Source of the DNA: Anolis carolinensis
Lineage: Eukaryota
Length of the DNA stretch: 64,000 bases
Assembly (NCBI RefSeq): GCF_035594765.1
Contig: NC_085841.1
Location: 75,501,574 to 75,565,573 of the forward strand
Direction of reading: 5' to 3'
The notes beneath the pieces were generated by a model that was not told the DNA's origin, did no database searches, and saw only the letters and a list, made by a program, of their open reading frames with translations. Each line of letters begins with the position of its first letter. The stretch's first letter is position 1. Shown here in pieces: positions 47,981 to 60,726 of this stretch. A program made the translations under genes and the position numbers.

Positions 47981-48246
47981 GAATTTAGCCAAAAACTGCA
48001 ATCTAAGCAGACTGCTTTAACTGCTTTAACTGAAAAAGTGAGCAAACTAACCCAAGGGCAAGAGTCACCTGAACACAAAGAAGTGGGGCACCTGAGTAAC
48101 CATTGGTTGGAACTTTGCCTTCAGACTAGCAATGTGCTCCTACACAGAGAGGAAGACCTTCAGAGGACAAAGGATTATCATGATCTCTTAAATATAGTAG
48201 AAGTCTTTTTGGAAAAGTTCACACAGGAATGGGACCACTTGGCAAG
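47981..48246 (+). CDS. SYNE1: SYNE1 exon w27 (266 nt, 0-2)
   Basis: catatag|GAATTT...GCAAG|gtaagg; EFSQKLQSKQ...FTQEWDHLA. Confidence 0.92.
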
Positions 48247-48571
48247 GTAAGGAATCTTTGACCCACTGGGCAATCTCTCCACACCATTGTTTCTGGTTCA
48301 GTATTCATCAATACTTTTAAAATATAACAGTAATGTTTTGGTGATGTTGTTGTCAGTTTTTTGAAATGTCATTTAGTAGAAAGGCAGAATATAAACAAAA
48401 ATTGAAATAGTAAGGACCTATCTGGTGATGAGCAAGCTCCTTCTTTTTGTGCTGCCCACAAAACTCCCTCTTTCTTTCTTTCTTGCTTGCCTGCCTGCCT
48501 GCTCACATAGCTCACATTGTTCATGGTTTGTGGTTTTACAAAGACCCGAGAAACAAAAATAGCCTCTAACT

Positions 48572-48665
48572 TACCATCTGATGAAGTAGATTGAATCTAC
48601 AAAAGCTATTGCTATAAACTTCTTTCTTTTATTATCCAGGGTACAGCAAAATATCTTTGCATATT
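48572..48665 (+). mobile_element. Penelope-derived remnant with decayed hammerhead core
   Basis: CTGATGA-A-GTAGA-ttgaa-TCTAC-AAAA-GCT. Confidence 0.5.
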
Positions 48666-48722
48666 TACCCTATCTTGATGTAAATTAATGTTTGCATTAT
48701 CCATTCTCCATTTCATCAACAG

Positions 48723-50883
48723 ATCAGATGCTGAAAGTACAGCTACTCATCTTGAAGCTTTGAGAAAGTTAGCACTGGCTCTGCAGGAGAGACGGTTTGC
48801 TCTTGAAGACTTAAAAGAACAGAAACAGAAAATGATAGAACATCTAAAACTGGATGACACAGAACTGGTAAAAGAGCAGTCAGGACATTTTGAACAGCGT
48901 TGGATTCAGCTGGAGGACCTTATTAAGAGGAAAATACAACTGTCTGTCACCACTTTAGAAGAGCTGAACATGGTGCAGTCTAAACTCCAGGAACTTATGG
49001 AATGGGCAGAAGAGCAGCAGCCTAACATCTCTGAAGCTCTGAAACACAGTCCACCACCTGAGCTGGCCCAAAATTTCCTTATGGACCATCTCACCATTTG
49101 CAGTGAAGTGGAAGCCAAGCAGGTTGTTTTGAAAGGACTCAAAAAGGATGCTGATAGAGTGATGACTAACTTAGGACTTAATGAAAGACAGATGCTCCAG
49201 AAATGTTTGTTGGAGGCCCAGAACCATGTGGACTGCCTTAGTGAACTTGTTGGGCAGAGGAGGAAACACTTAAATAAGACGTTATCTGAAAGAACTCAGT
49301 TCCTCCTGGCAGCCTTTCAGGCCATGAATCAAATCCAGCAACATGAGAGAAAATTAAAGTTCCATGATCATATCTGTTTGTTACCAGATGATGTGAGAAA
49401 GCAAATCAGGGCCTGTAAGAGTGCACAAGTGAGCCTTAAGGCCTACCAAAGTGAGATCTCTGGACTGTGGTCTCAAGGGCGGGATCTAATGAAGGACACA
49501 ACAGAACAAGAAAAGAGTGAGGTTTTGAATAAACTTCAAGAGCTGCAGAATACATATGATGCTATTTTAGAAAAATGTAACCAGCGATTAATAGAACTGG
49601 AGAAACATATGGTTTCTAGGAAATACTTCAAGGAAGATTTGGATAAAGCATGCCACTGGGTAAAGCAATCTGATATTGTTTCATTCCCAGAAATCAATTT
49701 AATGAATAGCAATTCTGAACTTTATTCCCAGCTAGCAAAGTATAATCACATTCTTGAGCAATTCCCTGAATATGAAAACCTCTTGCTGACATTGCAAAAA
49801 GATGGCCAGGAGATTTTACCATCGCTTAATGAAATGGACCGTTCCTATCTTGAGGAAAAACTTAGTGCCTTACCTCAACAATTCAGTGTAATAATTGCTC
49901 TGGCTAAAGAGAAATTCTGCAAAGTTCAAGAAGCTATTTTTGCCCGCAAAGAATATTCATCATTAATTGAATTGACAACAAAGGCGCTGTCTGAATTGGA
50001 AGATCAGCTTCTGAGCATGCATAAGGCTCCTTCTACTCTCTTAGCCGAAGAAGTGGTTTCACTCCAACAGGATTACAGAAATGTCTTAACTGAAGTTGTA
50101 AACCTTGGTACTGCAGTAGATGAATTAAACCAGAAGAAGGAAGCATTCCGAAGTACAGGGCAACCATGGTTACCAGAAGAGATGCTGCAACTTACCACTC
50201 TGTATCAGAAACTAAAAAGGCAAATAGAACAGAAAGTGAACCAGTTCGATGATATGATGGATGCCTATCAGGAGCATGAGAAAATGTGTAAGCAACTGGA
50301 AATACAGCTAAATTCTATAAAAGAGGATCAAACAAAATTGAATAAAAAGACACTGCCAGCAGAGGAAAAGTTGAAAATGTATCACTCTTTGGCTGGAAAT
50401 CTGCAAGATGCTGGAAACCTTTTGAAACGCCTTGCAGAACATCTTGAGACACTTTCTTCCCAACTTGACCCATGTGTTCATGAAGAAGCAAATAATCAGG
50501 TGCGAACCTGGCAAGACATGATGAAAACATTACATACTGCCATTGGTGATATTGTGATGGAGTGTGAAAACAGGCTGGTGCAAAGCATAGATTTTCAGAC
50601 AGAAATCTGTCGTTCACTTGAGTGGCTGAGGCACATTAAGGCAGAATTAAATGACCCCTTGAACATAGATTTAAAACTTAATGATATTCAAGAAGAAATC
50701 CGCAAAGTTCAGATCCAGCAGGAAGAAGTCCAGTCCAGCCTGAGGATCATGAGAGCACTAAGTAATAAAGAAAAGGAGAAATACATGAAAGCCAAAGAGC
50801 TGATACCCACTGACTTAGAAAACAGTCTTGCTGAGCTCTCTGAATTAGACGAGGAAGTCCAAGAAGCAGTATTCAAGAGACAG
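48723..50883 (+). CDS. SYNE1: SYNE1 giant exon w28 (2,161 nt, 2-0)
   Basis: tcaacag|ATCAGATGCT...AGACAG|gtcagt; lies inside the 751-aa ORF 48688..50943; about 720 aa of spectrin repeats. Confidence 0.94.
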
Positions 50884-51885
50884 GTCAGTACAACTTGTAT
50901 TCCTAATTATGTTGAACCTAAAATTGAATTGAAATTAAAATAGTACATGCTGTATAGAAGCTGTGGCCAAACTGCTTCGGTCTGATGTAGATATGGCAGT
51001 TGATGTAACTTTAAACAGAGCTAAATAATGTAAAAGTTTACACATTTGTAACCTGAGTACACACTAGATCTATACCTAGTGAACAAATAACTTAAAGTTG
51101 TGTTACAGTACATTATTTACAGACTAAGAAAAGTCAATGTTATGCAAATAATAATACTCCCCTTTCCTTAAAGAATATAAGTGCATCACATGGATTGTCC
51201 ATGTGACAAACCCAAACACAATTTTCTGAAAAGTACTTATCCCATGTTTTCTGAGTTACCTGGCTCCTGGGAACTTGTACCCTTTGCTTTGCTGTATTAT
51301 TATTTACTGTTCAAATAAGTTCAAAAACTTCCACAAAGATACGTAAGATTATCAACATGGGGGTTCTGATAAATATGCTATAGATCATACCACAAAATGG
51401 TTTTAAATTTCTTAGAGAAGTAATTTGATTTCATTTTTGTAAGAAGTAATGTTTCTCCCTTAAAATATTCCTTAGTAGTAATGCAATTCTGATTTGCAAC
51501 GTCTGGGCCTCTGTTACAATAGAACATGACACTGTGACCATGGATATCCATGGGATCTTTCAGTATCTCAGCTAGCCTTGCCTGTAGAAATTTCATGTGT
51601 AAATCAGTAGCACATTTTAAAAAAATTTCCATTTACATACAACACCTATTGAATTCAGTGAGATGAACATTTAAGCACCCATTTGGATAAGCTGCTAGCA
51701 CAGTTTTCTGATTCAACGTACTGGAACTGAAGAAAGTTTCCACTTCATTCAGTATTCACAGCAGATATCAAATCCGCTGAGTTAGTAGAACTTCCCTAGT
51801 TTTGTATGCCGTAGTGTTTTGAGTGCAGGTAATGTGTATGTATTTGTGATTCTATACATCATTTTCATTATCTGTTTGCTTTTAG

Positions 51886-52223
51886 GAGAAATTGATCCAA
51901 TTGCATAGTATGTGCCAAAGATATTACCATGTTACTCAGACTGCTAGTGACTGGCTTGAAGATGCCCAGGAATTGCTACAGTTAACACGAAATGGGCTTG
52001 ATATGGAAAACTCTGAAGAAAATCTAAGGGACCACATAGATTTCTTTAGTACTAAAAAACAATTTCAAGTCAATTTGGAAGAGCTGTGGTCACTCATATC
52101 TGAAATTGAAACTTTTATACATGTCACAGGAAAAGAAGAGCTAATTAAGAATGTGAAGGCATTAGAAGAGAAGGGGAAAGAATCAGAACAAGAAGCACAA
52201 TGCCAGAATGAGTTACTACAAAG
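51886..52223 (+). CDS. SYNE1: SYNE1 exon w29 (338 nt, 0-2)
   Basis: cttttag|GAGAAA...CAAAG|gtattt; EKLIQLHSMCQRYYHVTQTASDWLEDAQ. Confidence 0.92.
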
Positions 52224-53166
52224 GTATTTGCTTTAGGGTTTTGAGTGTTTTTTTTATATTTGAAGATCATATTGAGTGAGTAATCTCACTCAGGAATGAT
52301 CAAACAACATGCCAAATCTGGCAATAGATTGCTGAGTCATCTATTTGCAAGAACATCAGCAGCATGTTTGCTTGCTACCAAAAGCTAAACAACAACAAAT
52401 GTTGTGATGGACAAAACATTTTTTAAAAATACTGCCATGACTATTCTTTTACATATTTTCTCCTGTTTTTCTTTTTTTTAATTGGTGTTTTTTTTGTTTT
52501 TTAAAAAGAAGAAGAATAAGACCAGCTAGAGCTCTCACAAGAAGGTAGCTGTGATATAGAGGAGGAACCCTAGTGACATGACTGGGCAGTTAGAACTCCC
52601 TGCCACCTCCAAGGTAGTTTGGGAAGTCACAATCAGGTCACCACGCAGGGCTGACTCACCATCTCCAACACTGGATTGACTCCACATTAATTGTCAGTGT
52701 AGAAGGCACTACGTTTAAGAGCCAGTGGTGAATTTTGGTATTCACGATAAGCAGAGTTGGTGCTTTCCTGCATCTCCCCTTTCATCATAGCCCTGTAAGG
52801 CCACTGGGAAACTCTTTGCCCTACATAGCAGATAGGGTGAAGAGGATTTGGAGAAGGATGAGATTTGGAGTGCTGGTAGATGTAGCAAGATAAATCCTCA
52901 AGATTTTTTGACAATTATTAGAACAATTGTTGTTAGAATAATTACAAACTTAATGTGGGCAAAGGGACGTACCATTAACATCAGTAGAAGACTATATGGT
53001 CAAATATCTTTCACATAATTCTGTGGGTTATAAAACAATAAACTTGTTTGTATTATTTATTTGGAATTTAATGTATGAGCCTATTTACTACAAGTAAGAA
53101 AATCTACATTTTTCTTTCATATATGATGCTTAGTCACATTTTCTTGCTGATGTTTGATTTTTCAAG

Positions 53167-53311
53167 CTGTGCTTCCCAATGGCAAGAATACCAGATAGCA
53201 AGGCAAGATGTCATTGACCTGATGAATGAATCTGAGAAGAAATTGTCTGAATTTTCTGTAGCAAAAGCTACTTCCATGCTTGAAGCGGAAGAAAAATTGA
53301 TCTCACATAAG
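53167..53311 (+). CDS. SYNE1: SYNE1 exon w30 (145 nt, 2-0)
   Basis: tttcaag|CTGTGCT...CATAAG|gtaaaa; CASQWQEYQIARQDVIDLMNE. Confidence 0.91.
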
Positions 53312-53585
53312 GTAAAACTTCGAAAATGCAGTAATTTTCTCCTGAAAACCCACAGACTTTTTAAAATCACTTTTGCTCAGTGATGAATTAATTTAATCTG
53401 TCTCCTCTCAGATAGCAAAAGGGTTCAGTAATTAGCAAAGTTGCAGGAGTGATTTCAGAATTGTATATATCCATTTCCACTAAAAAAAGCTTTGCACTTT
53501 AGCTGAACAAAAGATTGAGATCTCTTTGAAAGTATACATTATGTTAACATGAGCAATGTTGTTTTACTTCCCCCCACACCAGAAT

Positions 53586-53795
53586 TACCCATATTTACTC
53601 GAGTCTAGCGCACCATCAAATCTAATGCACACCTAAATTTTCAAAACCCTAAAACCATTTAATTAGAGATGACATTCCTCAAAGAGAAGCTTTGGCTCAT
53701 CACTAAGATTACTGTATGACACTATCTGATGCGCACCTGAATTTTGGCAGGGTCATTTAGCCAAATATATGAGCATTACATTAGAATAAATATAG
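53586..53795. mobile_element. Decayed Tigger/mariner-like MITE
   Basis: TACCCATATTTACTC...TCTAATGC ... GCATTACATTAGAATAAATATAG imperfect inverted ends. Confidence 0.45.
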
Positions 53796-54314
53796 CATTT
53801 TTGATGTCTGTAATGTATTCCAGCAATCTTCAGATTAACTATATCAAAAAGTTATTGTTGAAAGAACAAATCCAGATTTAATCATTTGATGTTACTGTTC
53901 AATTTGTAGCTCTTACCTGTGCAAAACAAATGAGATTTAAAAGCCCTGAGTGAGAGAAACTAGGTATATTTCATAGATCAGCAAGCCTAAAAAATTATTT
54001 TGAATACAAACTGTGATAACAGAAATGAAATCCGTGCTGCAATATTATAACCTGTGTAAACTATAGAGAAACACCACTGTGGCTTTTGTATTCTGGATGA
54101 GAGCATACCATGAGTTTTGTTGGACCTTTTCCACAATCACAGAAATTCTACAGTGACTTTTCCATGTGTTGTCCATCCAACAGTCTTCTCAGAATGAAAA
54201 AAGTTAGTTGCTCTCTAGTTATCTCATGACATTTTTTAAAAAACATGTATTAATACTCCAGCTGTCCTTGTAATATAATTTCTGAGAAATCTGAGATGGG
54301 GTTTTGAGCAATAT

Positions 54315-54632
54315 ACAACCTGAGTATCCTTACTCAAAATGCTTGAGGCCAGAAATGTTTTTGTTTTAAAAAATGGAATATGCATATTTCTATATGCATA
54401 CTTTGAGATATCATGGAGTTATGACTCGAGTGTAAAAACAGAATTCATTTGCATATACCTTTTATACACATAGTTTAAAGATAATTTTATACATTTTGAA
54501 TATTTTTTTCATGAAACCATGTTTGTGTACATTGGATCATCAGAAATGCAAAGGTCTCAATATCTCAGTCATGTGGAGAACTTTGGATTTTGGAGGATTT
54601 TGGAATTCTGGATAAAAGATGCTCAATCTGTG
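54315..54632. mobile_element. Tigger4/MER46-like MITE
   Basis: CTGAGTATCCTTACTCAAAATGCTTG...CCAGAAATG and GGATAAAAGATGCTCAATCTG resemble Tigger4-type ends. Confidence 0.55.
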
Positions 54633-54654
54633 TATCAAATCAGTATTTTATATA

Positions 54655-55212
54655 TGTTGTTGAAGGCTTTCTTGGCTGGAATCACTGGGTTGCTGTTGTC
54701 CAGGCTGTATGGTCATGTTCCAAAAGCATTTTCTCCTGACATTTTGCCCACATATATGGAAGGCATCCTCAGAGGTTGTGACATCTGTTAGAAACTGGGC
54801 AGAGCATATTATTTGAGAACTCAGAAATGCTGGACCACTCTAACAACTACCATGTCAGACTACACAGAGAAGCCATTAAAATCCACAAGCATGTGGACAA
54901 TTTCAACACAAAGGAGAAAACCATGAAAATGAACAAAATCTGGCTACCAGTATTTAAAAAAACTTTAAAATCAGGACAGTAAATTAAAAATCACTCAGAA
55001 AAATGGGAATTCTAGACATGAAACAATCAGGCCAGCTAACTTCTCTGAACAAAGGATTCCCCCAGGCAGGAAGCAGCCAGACTTTGAAGCTGGCAAGGCC
55101 ATTCAGTGCTAATCAAAGTAGCTAATTGAAAGATTCACACTTGAGTTTTTTCTCCCACCCTGGACATTATTCCATAGATATATAAACCTCACTTGCCTAG
55201 TTTCCAAGAGCT
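54655..55212. mobile_element. Penelope-like element remnant (inverted pLTR piece plus GIY-YIG C-terminus and 3' region)
   Basis: + strand DHSNNYHVRLHREAIKIHKHVDNFN (C-terminal GIY-YIG R-E-A motif); TAGAAACTGGGCA (~54789) inverted against TGCCTAGTTTCCA (~55194); hammerhead core on - strand. Confidence 0.75.
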
Positions 55213-55426
55213 CTTAACTAAGATTAAGACAGATGTTTGTAATCTGGGGGCTGCCTGTATAATTATAAAGGATAATTTTTAGATTTTATGAATGAAATGT
55301 GATCTGGACACCTGCAACATCCATTTCAGGAATAACGTATTTTGGTTATGCTATAAAATGCATTTTCTATTAAATGGTGTACAAATTAATTGTTAGAGGG
55401 AAAACTTATTTTCTTTGCTTGCTCAG

Positions 55427-55645
55427 TTACTGGTGTCTACTGTGAACTCTTTCCATGAGAAAATTACTTCATTGGAGGAAAAGGCATGTCACCTGGAGAA
55501 AATGGGAAATGATGCTAGCAAGGCAACCATAAGCAGGTCCATGACAACTGTATGGCAGCGCTGGACAAGGCTCCGAAGTATTTCCCAAGAACAAGAGAGA
55601 ATTTTGGATGAATCAATGCAGAAATGGAATGAATTTAATATTAAG
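55427..55645 (+). CDS. SYNE1: SYNE1 exon w31 (219 nt, 0-0)
   Basis: tgctcag|TTACTG...ATTAAG|gtatat; SKATISRSMTTVWQRWTRLR. Confidence 0.92.
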
Positions 55646-56332
55646 GTATATGAATCAGCCTTACTTCATTAGTTTAAATATTAGCTATTTGATGCATGTA
55701 TATTTTGCACTTCCAGTGTCAACATTCACTTTTTATACTTGGGATCCTGTTGGTGCTCATTTCACTATACCACTGCATGATCTTTGAAGAAAATGCAACT
55801 GACAGGATCCCAGTCAGCATGTTAACACAGTGCATCCAGTTTTGCTTTATTAGGAAATGCTTCCAGTCAGGCTAACTAGGAAATGTAAAATTTGATAACT
55901 TGGATGCCTGTTCAGTTGCACACACAGACACATATGCTACATACCAGCTTTTCTATATTTGGAACATGGCATGGAAAGCTTCTATAAGGAGAAATTTCAG
56001 GCCCTCTTTTGGGTGAATGGTAGAACTTTTGACTAAGTTAAAGCCACAGTTATTAAAATATTTCATTGAAGTGCATAGTAAAGAAGGCAGAAATATTTTG
56101 CACAGATAGTTGAAAGTAATTGTATGGAACTCATCTTTTACCACTAAAAAGTATGTGCCCTTGTGAACAAAAGAAACATACTTCTAAGTAAACCTAATTA
56201 GCATCTCATTTTAAAGTTATATAGAGGAGTATGCCATTTATTCTCATTCAGTCATAGAAATGTACGAGTCACTGGAGTAGCTGTGTAATCTAAATAAATT
56301 ATGTTTAAAATCTGATCCATTTGGGCTTAGAA

Positions 56333-56441
56333 CAGTAGTTCTCAACCTGACATCCCCAGATGTGTTTGGTTTACAACTCCTAGGAATCCCAGTCAGTTTA
56401 GCAGCCAAAAACATCTGGGGACCCCAGGTTGAGAACCACTG
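56333..56441. mobile_element. hAT MITE, 109 bp
   Basis: CAGTAGTTCTCAACCTG / CAGGTTGAGAACCACTG; perfect 8-bp TSD gcttagaa. Confidence 0.9.
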
Positions 56442-57179
56442 GCTTAGAAGGATAATTGCATTAACACTCTCCTTGCTAAATATAATGGTATGAGTAACAA
56501 GCTATTAAAAGTTTTAATATAAAGTTTACAATCTGTATTTTAATGCAATCTTTCTAGGACGCTAAGGCAAGGTGATAGGTTTGTCCTTCTCCAAATCTTG
56601 GTAGACTACATCCTGCTAGCTCCAGCCCAAAGCTCCCCACCCAGGAAGAGTCTTTTCAAATGCTATGCTGCAATCTCCAAATGGGAAGGAGGGGTGATTT
56701 GTTTCCTGAAGTTAATTTTCTTTCCTAGGTCAGTGTTAACTGCCCCCCCCCCCCAAAAAAAATCTGTTTTTCTTTAAAAATGGGTCCTTGAAGGACAACA
56801 AGTAGTTTGGCCACATTTAGCCCATTCACGTACTGAATAGTTGCTATGCTAGACTAACTGCAGTATAACATAGTGATGCATGTTACTATCCTACTCTGCA
56901 GCCATGTTTCTAAATATTTCTTTTTAATGTGGGATATTGCTTTGAATATTGCGTTATGACTCTGGAGATCAGGGTTCAAAGTTACTGAAAACCAAGTGGG
57001 TGACTGTGGTTATTGAAACACAGTGGGAGACCCCTCTCAGCCTCAAAAGAAGGTAGTGGCATGCTGCTTCTGATCAAATATTAAAAAGTGTGATAGATTC
57101 ATTTTTGGGTTGCCATAGATTAGAATAACTGAAAGGGATACAAAAACAGTAAGTCAAATCAAATCAAGTCATCTGTATT

Positions 57180-57830
57180 TCTATCCCATCCCATCTCCCC
57201 TTGGGGACTCGGAAGGCTTACAACATGGATGGCAGCTATACGATGCCACACAAATATACAATAAAAATACAAATACATAAATTAAATACAAATGATTAAT
57301 ACAACAATTTATCATAACTAAACATAATAACAAATTAATAAAACACAATTCACAGCAACATGTAAAGCAAGATTAACAACCAGATTGATAGCAAGATGAC
57401 CCAGAAGGATACCATGGTCGATGGTATCGAACGCCGCTGAGAGGTCCAGGAGAATCAACAGGGACACACTCCCCCTTTCTAGCTCTCTTCATAGATCATC
57501 TACCAAAGCAATCAATACTGTCTCAGTTCCATAACCAGGTCGGAAAACAGATTGAAATGGATCCAAATAATTGGTTTCTTCCAAGAATCTTTGGAGCTGA
57601 GAAGCCACCACCCTCTCTAGAACCTTGCCCCAAAGGGGAAATTTGAAACTAGCCAGTAGTGGGATCTAGTTCCAGTTTCTTTAACAGAGGTTTTACTACA
57701 GCCTCCTTAACCCACTTTGCCAGTCCCTCTCTGGCCTGTTTAATTAGCCAGGAATGTCAAGGGTCCACAGAACAGGTCAGTGTCTTCATTTCTCCCGAGA
57801 TCTTGTCCACATCATCAGATAGAAAAGAAT
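57180..57830 (-). mobile_element. L2 LINE fragments (3' tail plus RT piece)
   Basis: CCATCTCCCCTTGGGGACTC tail; - strand reads LDPFQS.FRPGYGTETVL...LDLSAAFDTIDH. Confidence 0.75.
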
Positions 57831-59187
57831 AAAAAAAAATAGGACAAGCAAGCACTCAGGTTCCATCTATCCTTTCAGAAAAAATCTAGTCAAGGACCTC
57901 ACCTCATTGATGAGGTCCCACTGAGCAATTGGCCAGCTTCTCTGGCACACTGGTGGGACAGCAGGGCAATCCCAGCACCCCGCCTTATTCACAGTGATGC
58001 TTCCCCCGTGCTGGCCCCATTGTTCTCTACGGAGCAAGGGAAGCATCCTGTGTTCCAAGGGAAGCATCCTACCATGCTGTCAAGATGCTTCCCACACAGC
58101 CCCGCCAGAAGTTGTCATATGTCGTGTCATGGCATCTGGTGGGCTCTGTGGAGGAAGCATACTGTCAGCATGCTAGGACACTGATTTCACGTTGTGTGAT
58201 GAGGTTACATAGCTTTAGAGTCAATCAGCTCACTAATGTTGCATGTCCTTGCATTTCTACATGGAAATGAATCCCATAGATTTTCATTGCATTTACTTAT
58301 AATAAATAATGCATGCTAGTTGTGAATGCTGAAATCATAGTTAGACATGAAAAATATTATAAGAAGTTAAAATAGTTCCTATATTTTGTTTTTCAGTATA
58401 TTCCTTAAAATGCCTTAATTTAATAGGTGCAAAAATATACATGTAAAAGCATTCCCTTTTCCTCCCAGCTGGCCTGGCCCTCTTAACTTCTGCAGTAGCA
58501 GAAGGAGGGCCAGGGGAGCTGCCAGCCAGCCAAATGGGAAAGATGCTTCTCACAAACACACAGCCCATTGCCTAGCCCCACGATTTCACTTCTTAATAAA
58601 AATATTACACTATCAAACAACTCCTTCAAATGTTTTCTGCTGATCCTTTGGGGGGGGGGGGTAAGAAAATGTTCCTCAAAGGCAAAAGGCAAGCCAAGCC
58701 AAGCCAGAGACCCAGCAACAGCAACCCAGCCCCAGCATCCAACAGAAGCAGCAATGGCTGCTTTAGGGGCAGTCCCCCCTTATATACCCTCCCTGCCCAG
58801 CCCACTTTAGTGATTCCTTGGCCTCCAATAGGCCAAAGATCACCTCCCCCCCCCCACCTACTTCTATCCCTAATAGATGGCATATTTTCTGTATAGATAT
58901 AATTGGAGGAAACTGGTGCCGTTTTTGGAATTCACAGATCAAATATGCAAAGAAATAGGTCTAACATTTGAGGCACTGAAATATTTGTTAGCCAGTGTTA
59001 TCAAATATATCTGACAGCAAAACCAAGTTTTGTGCTATGTAATGAATGGACCTGAGCACTCTACAGCTATATCTGGGACTTCAAGAATTCTATCACATAT
59101 TTAACATTTAATATTTAAGCAATACTCAATATTTAAGAATCCAATATATGACATTTTAATTCTCATTATTGAAATTCTTTTCTTTAG

Positions 59188-59450
59188 ATGCAAAAGGCAA
59201 CAGACACTCTTGATCAGCTGCAAGACCGCTTACCAGAGAGCTCAGTAGAAAAGGCTTCAAAGAATGAACTGCTGGATCTTCTAGATTATCACAGTAATTT
59301 CAGTCTGGAACTGGAACAGCAATTGTCATCCCTGGGACTGCTCAAGCAGCATGCTTTTAGTGTTCTCCGGGATATAGAAGTATCTTCTGGATCTCAAGAG
59401 CAAATGCCCATCATGCAAGAAATCAAAGCAATGCGAGACAGATACCTTAA
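59188..59450 (+). CDS. SYNE1: SYNE1 exon w32 (263 nt, 0-2)
   Basis: tctttag|ATGCAA...CCTTAA|gtaagc; MQKATDTLDQLQDRLPESSVEKASK. Confidence 0.92.
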
Positions 59451-59649
59451 GTAAGCAAATAATTATCTTGAAATAATAATGCTACCAATTGATTATTGGA
59501 GCCTACTTCATTTATATTTTTATAAAGTATAAAACATTCATATGTGCAGCTCTAATATATATTTTCTATTGTTCTGAAAGATGTAAGAGATACTTTTTAA
59601 TGTTACAAAAGTTTTATCATTGCAAAATATTCCTTTAAATTATTTTTAG

Positions 59650-59815
59650 CATGCAGCAAAAAGTTAAAAGAAGTGGAAAAGTTGTTAAACAAGAATTGAA
59701 GGAACGCAAAGAGGTTGAAAGCGAGATTAATAAAGTCAAGTCTTGGATCCAGGAAACCAAAGAATATTTACTGAATCCTACAACAGAAATAACTTCTCAG
59801 CTTGAAGAACTGCAG
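59650..59815 (+). CDS. SYNE1: SYNE1 exon w33 (166 nt, 2-0)
   Basis: tttttag|CATGCAG...CTGCAG|gtatgc; MQQKVKRSGKVVKQELKER. Confidence 0.92.
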
Positions 59816-60319
59816 GTATGCCAGACTTATAGCTGTCCACCCCTAAACATTAGTATGTCATCCACCTTATATGTCTGCAGAGGATAATGTTTTGTCTTTT
59901 ACAAACTATGTGAGTGATCATTATAATATTTCTCCATAATGTTTTGTAACAAGCTAGTGTTCATGCTAGATAGGCAGGCACTGCCTAGATATTGAGAATG
60001 CTTAATGTACATTCCAGTCCCAAGAAAGTGAATACCAAGGATCAAAATGTAATTTCCCATGCAAGCAAAATGATGCTAAAAACCTACAACATAGATTGTT
60101 ATCATATGGGGAGCAGTAAATGCCAGAGGTCCAAGCTGGGTTGAAGAAAGGAAGAGGGAGGGGGGATCATATTGCAAACATACATCTAATACTGGAGTGC
60201 GCAAAATAATGTAAGAAGAAAAATTGTTTTCAGGGATTAAAAACTCCTGTTAATTACCAGAAGTCACTATGCATCAAAAACACTGTGAGCTTCAGATTCA
60301 GGATGCAAATTTTTCTCTC

Positions 60320-60715
60320 ATGTAGACATGGCTTCAGTCATTAATCAAAATGGAAGCTGCAGTCAGTAATTCAAAAAAGACTAGGATTTAGATGGCCAGC
60401 TCTGAAGGAACTAGAAAAGGTCTTGAAGTGTCAAGTTATATTATTGAATTTTAAAGTTATTATTGTCCATACCATCTCACTTCCAATTTCTATGTATGGT
60501 TGTGAATTCTGAATAGTAAATACATTTTATAGAAATGAAATAAAATCTTTTGAAATGTGGCGCTAAAGATTAGCTCCTGAGACTGTCATCTTTCAATCAC
60601 ATCATGAGAAGATACGACTCACTAGAAAAGAAACGAATGCTTGACAAGGTAGAGGCAGTGGGGCAAGGAGAGAGAGCATTCTAGATGGATAGACTGAGTC
60701 TGCGAGACCTGCATT
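60320..60715 (+). mobile_element. Decayed BovB/RTE LINE fragment (continues ~61390-61460 after an L2 insertion)
   Basis: GAAGCTGCAGTCAG...AAAAAGACTAGGA...GAAGGAACTAGAAAAGG...ATGTATGGTTGTGAA...TTTGAAATGTGG resembles the RTE/BovB RT C-terminal region. Confidence 0.55.
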
Positions 60716-60726
60716 GGGCTTTGTGA

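Noticed and set aside
48688-50943. 751-aa ORF as a standalone gene
   Set aside because: It is the giant SYNE1 exon plus intronic read-through; splice sites and phases fit the neighbouring exons.
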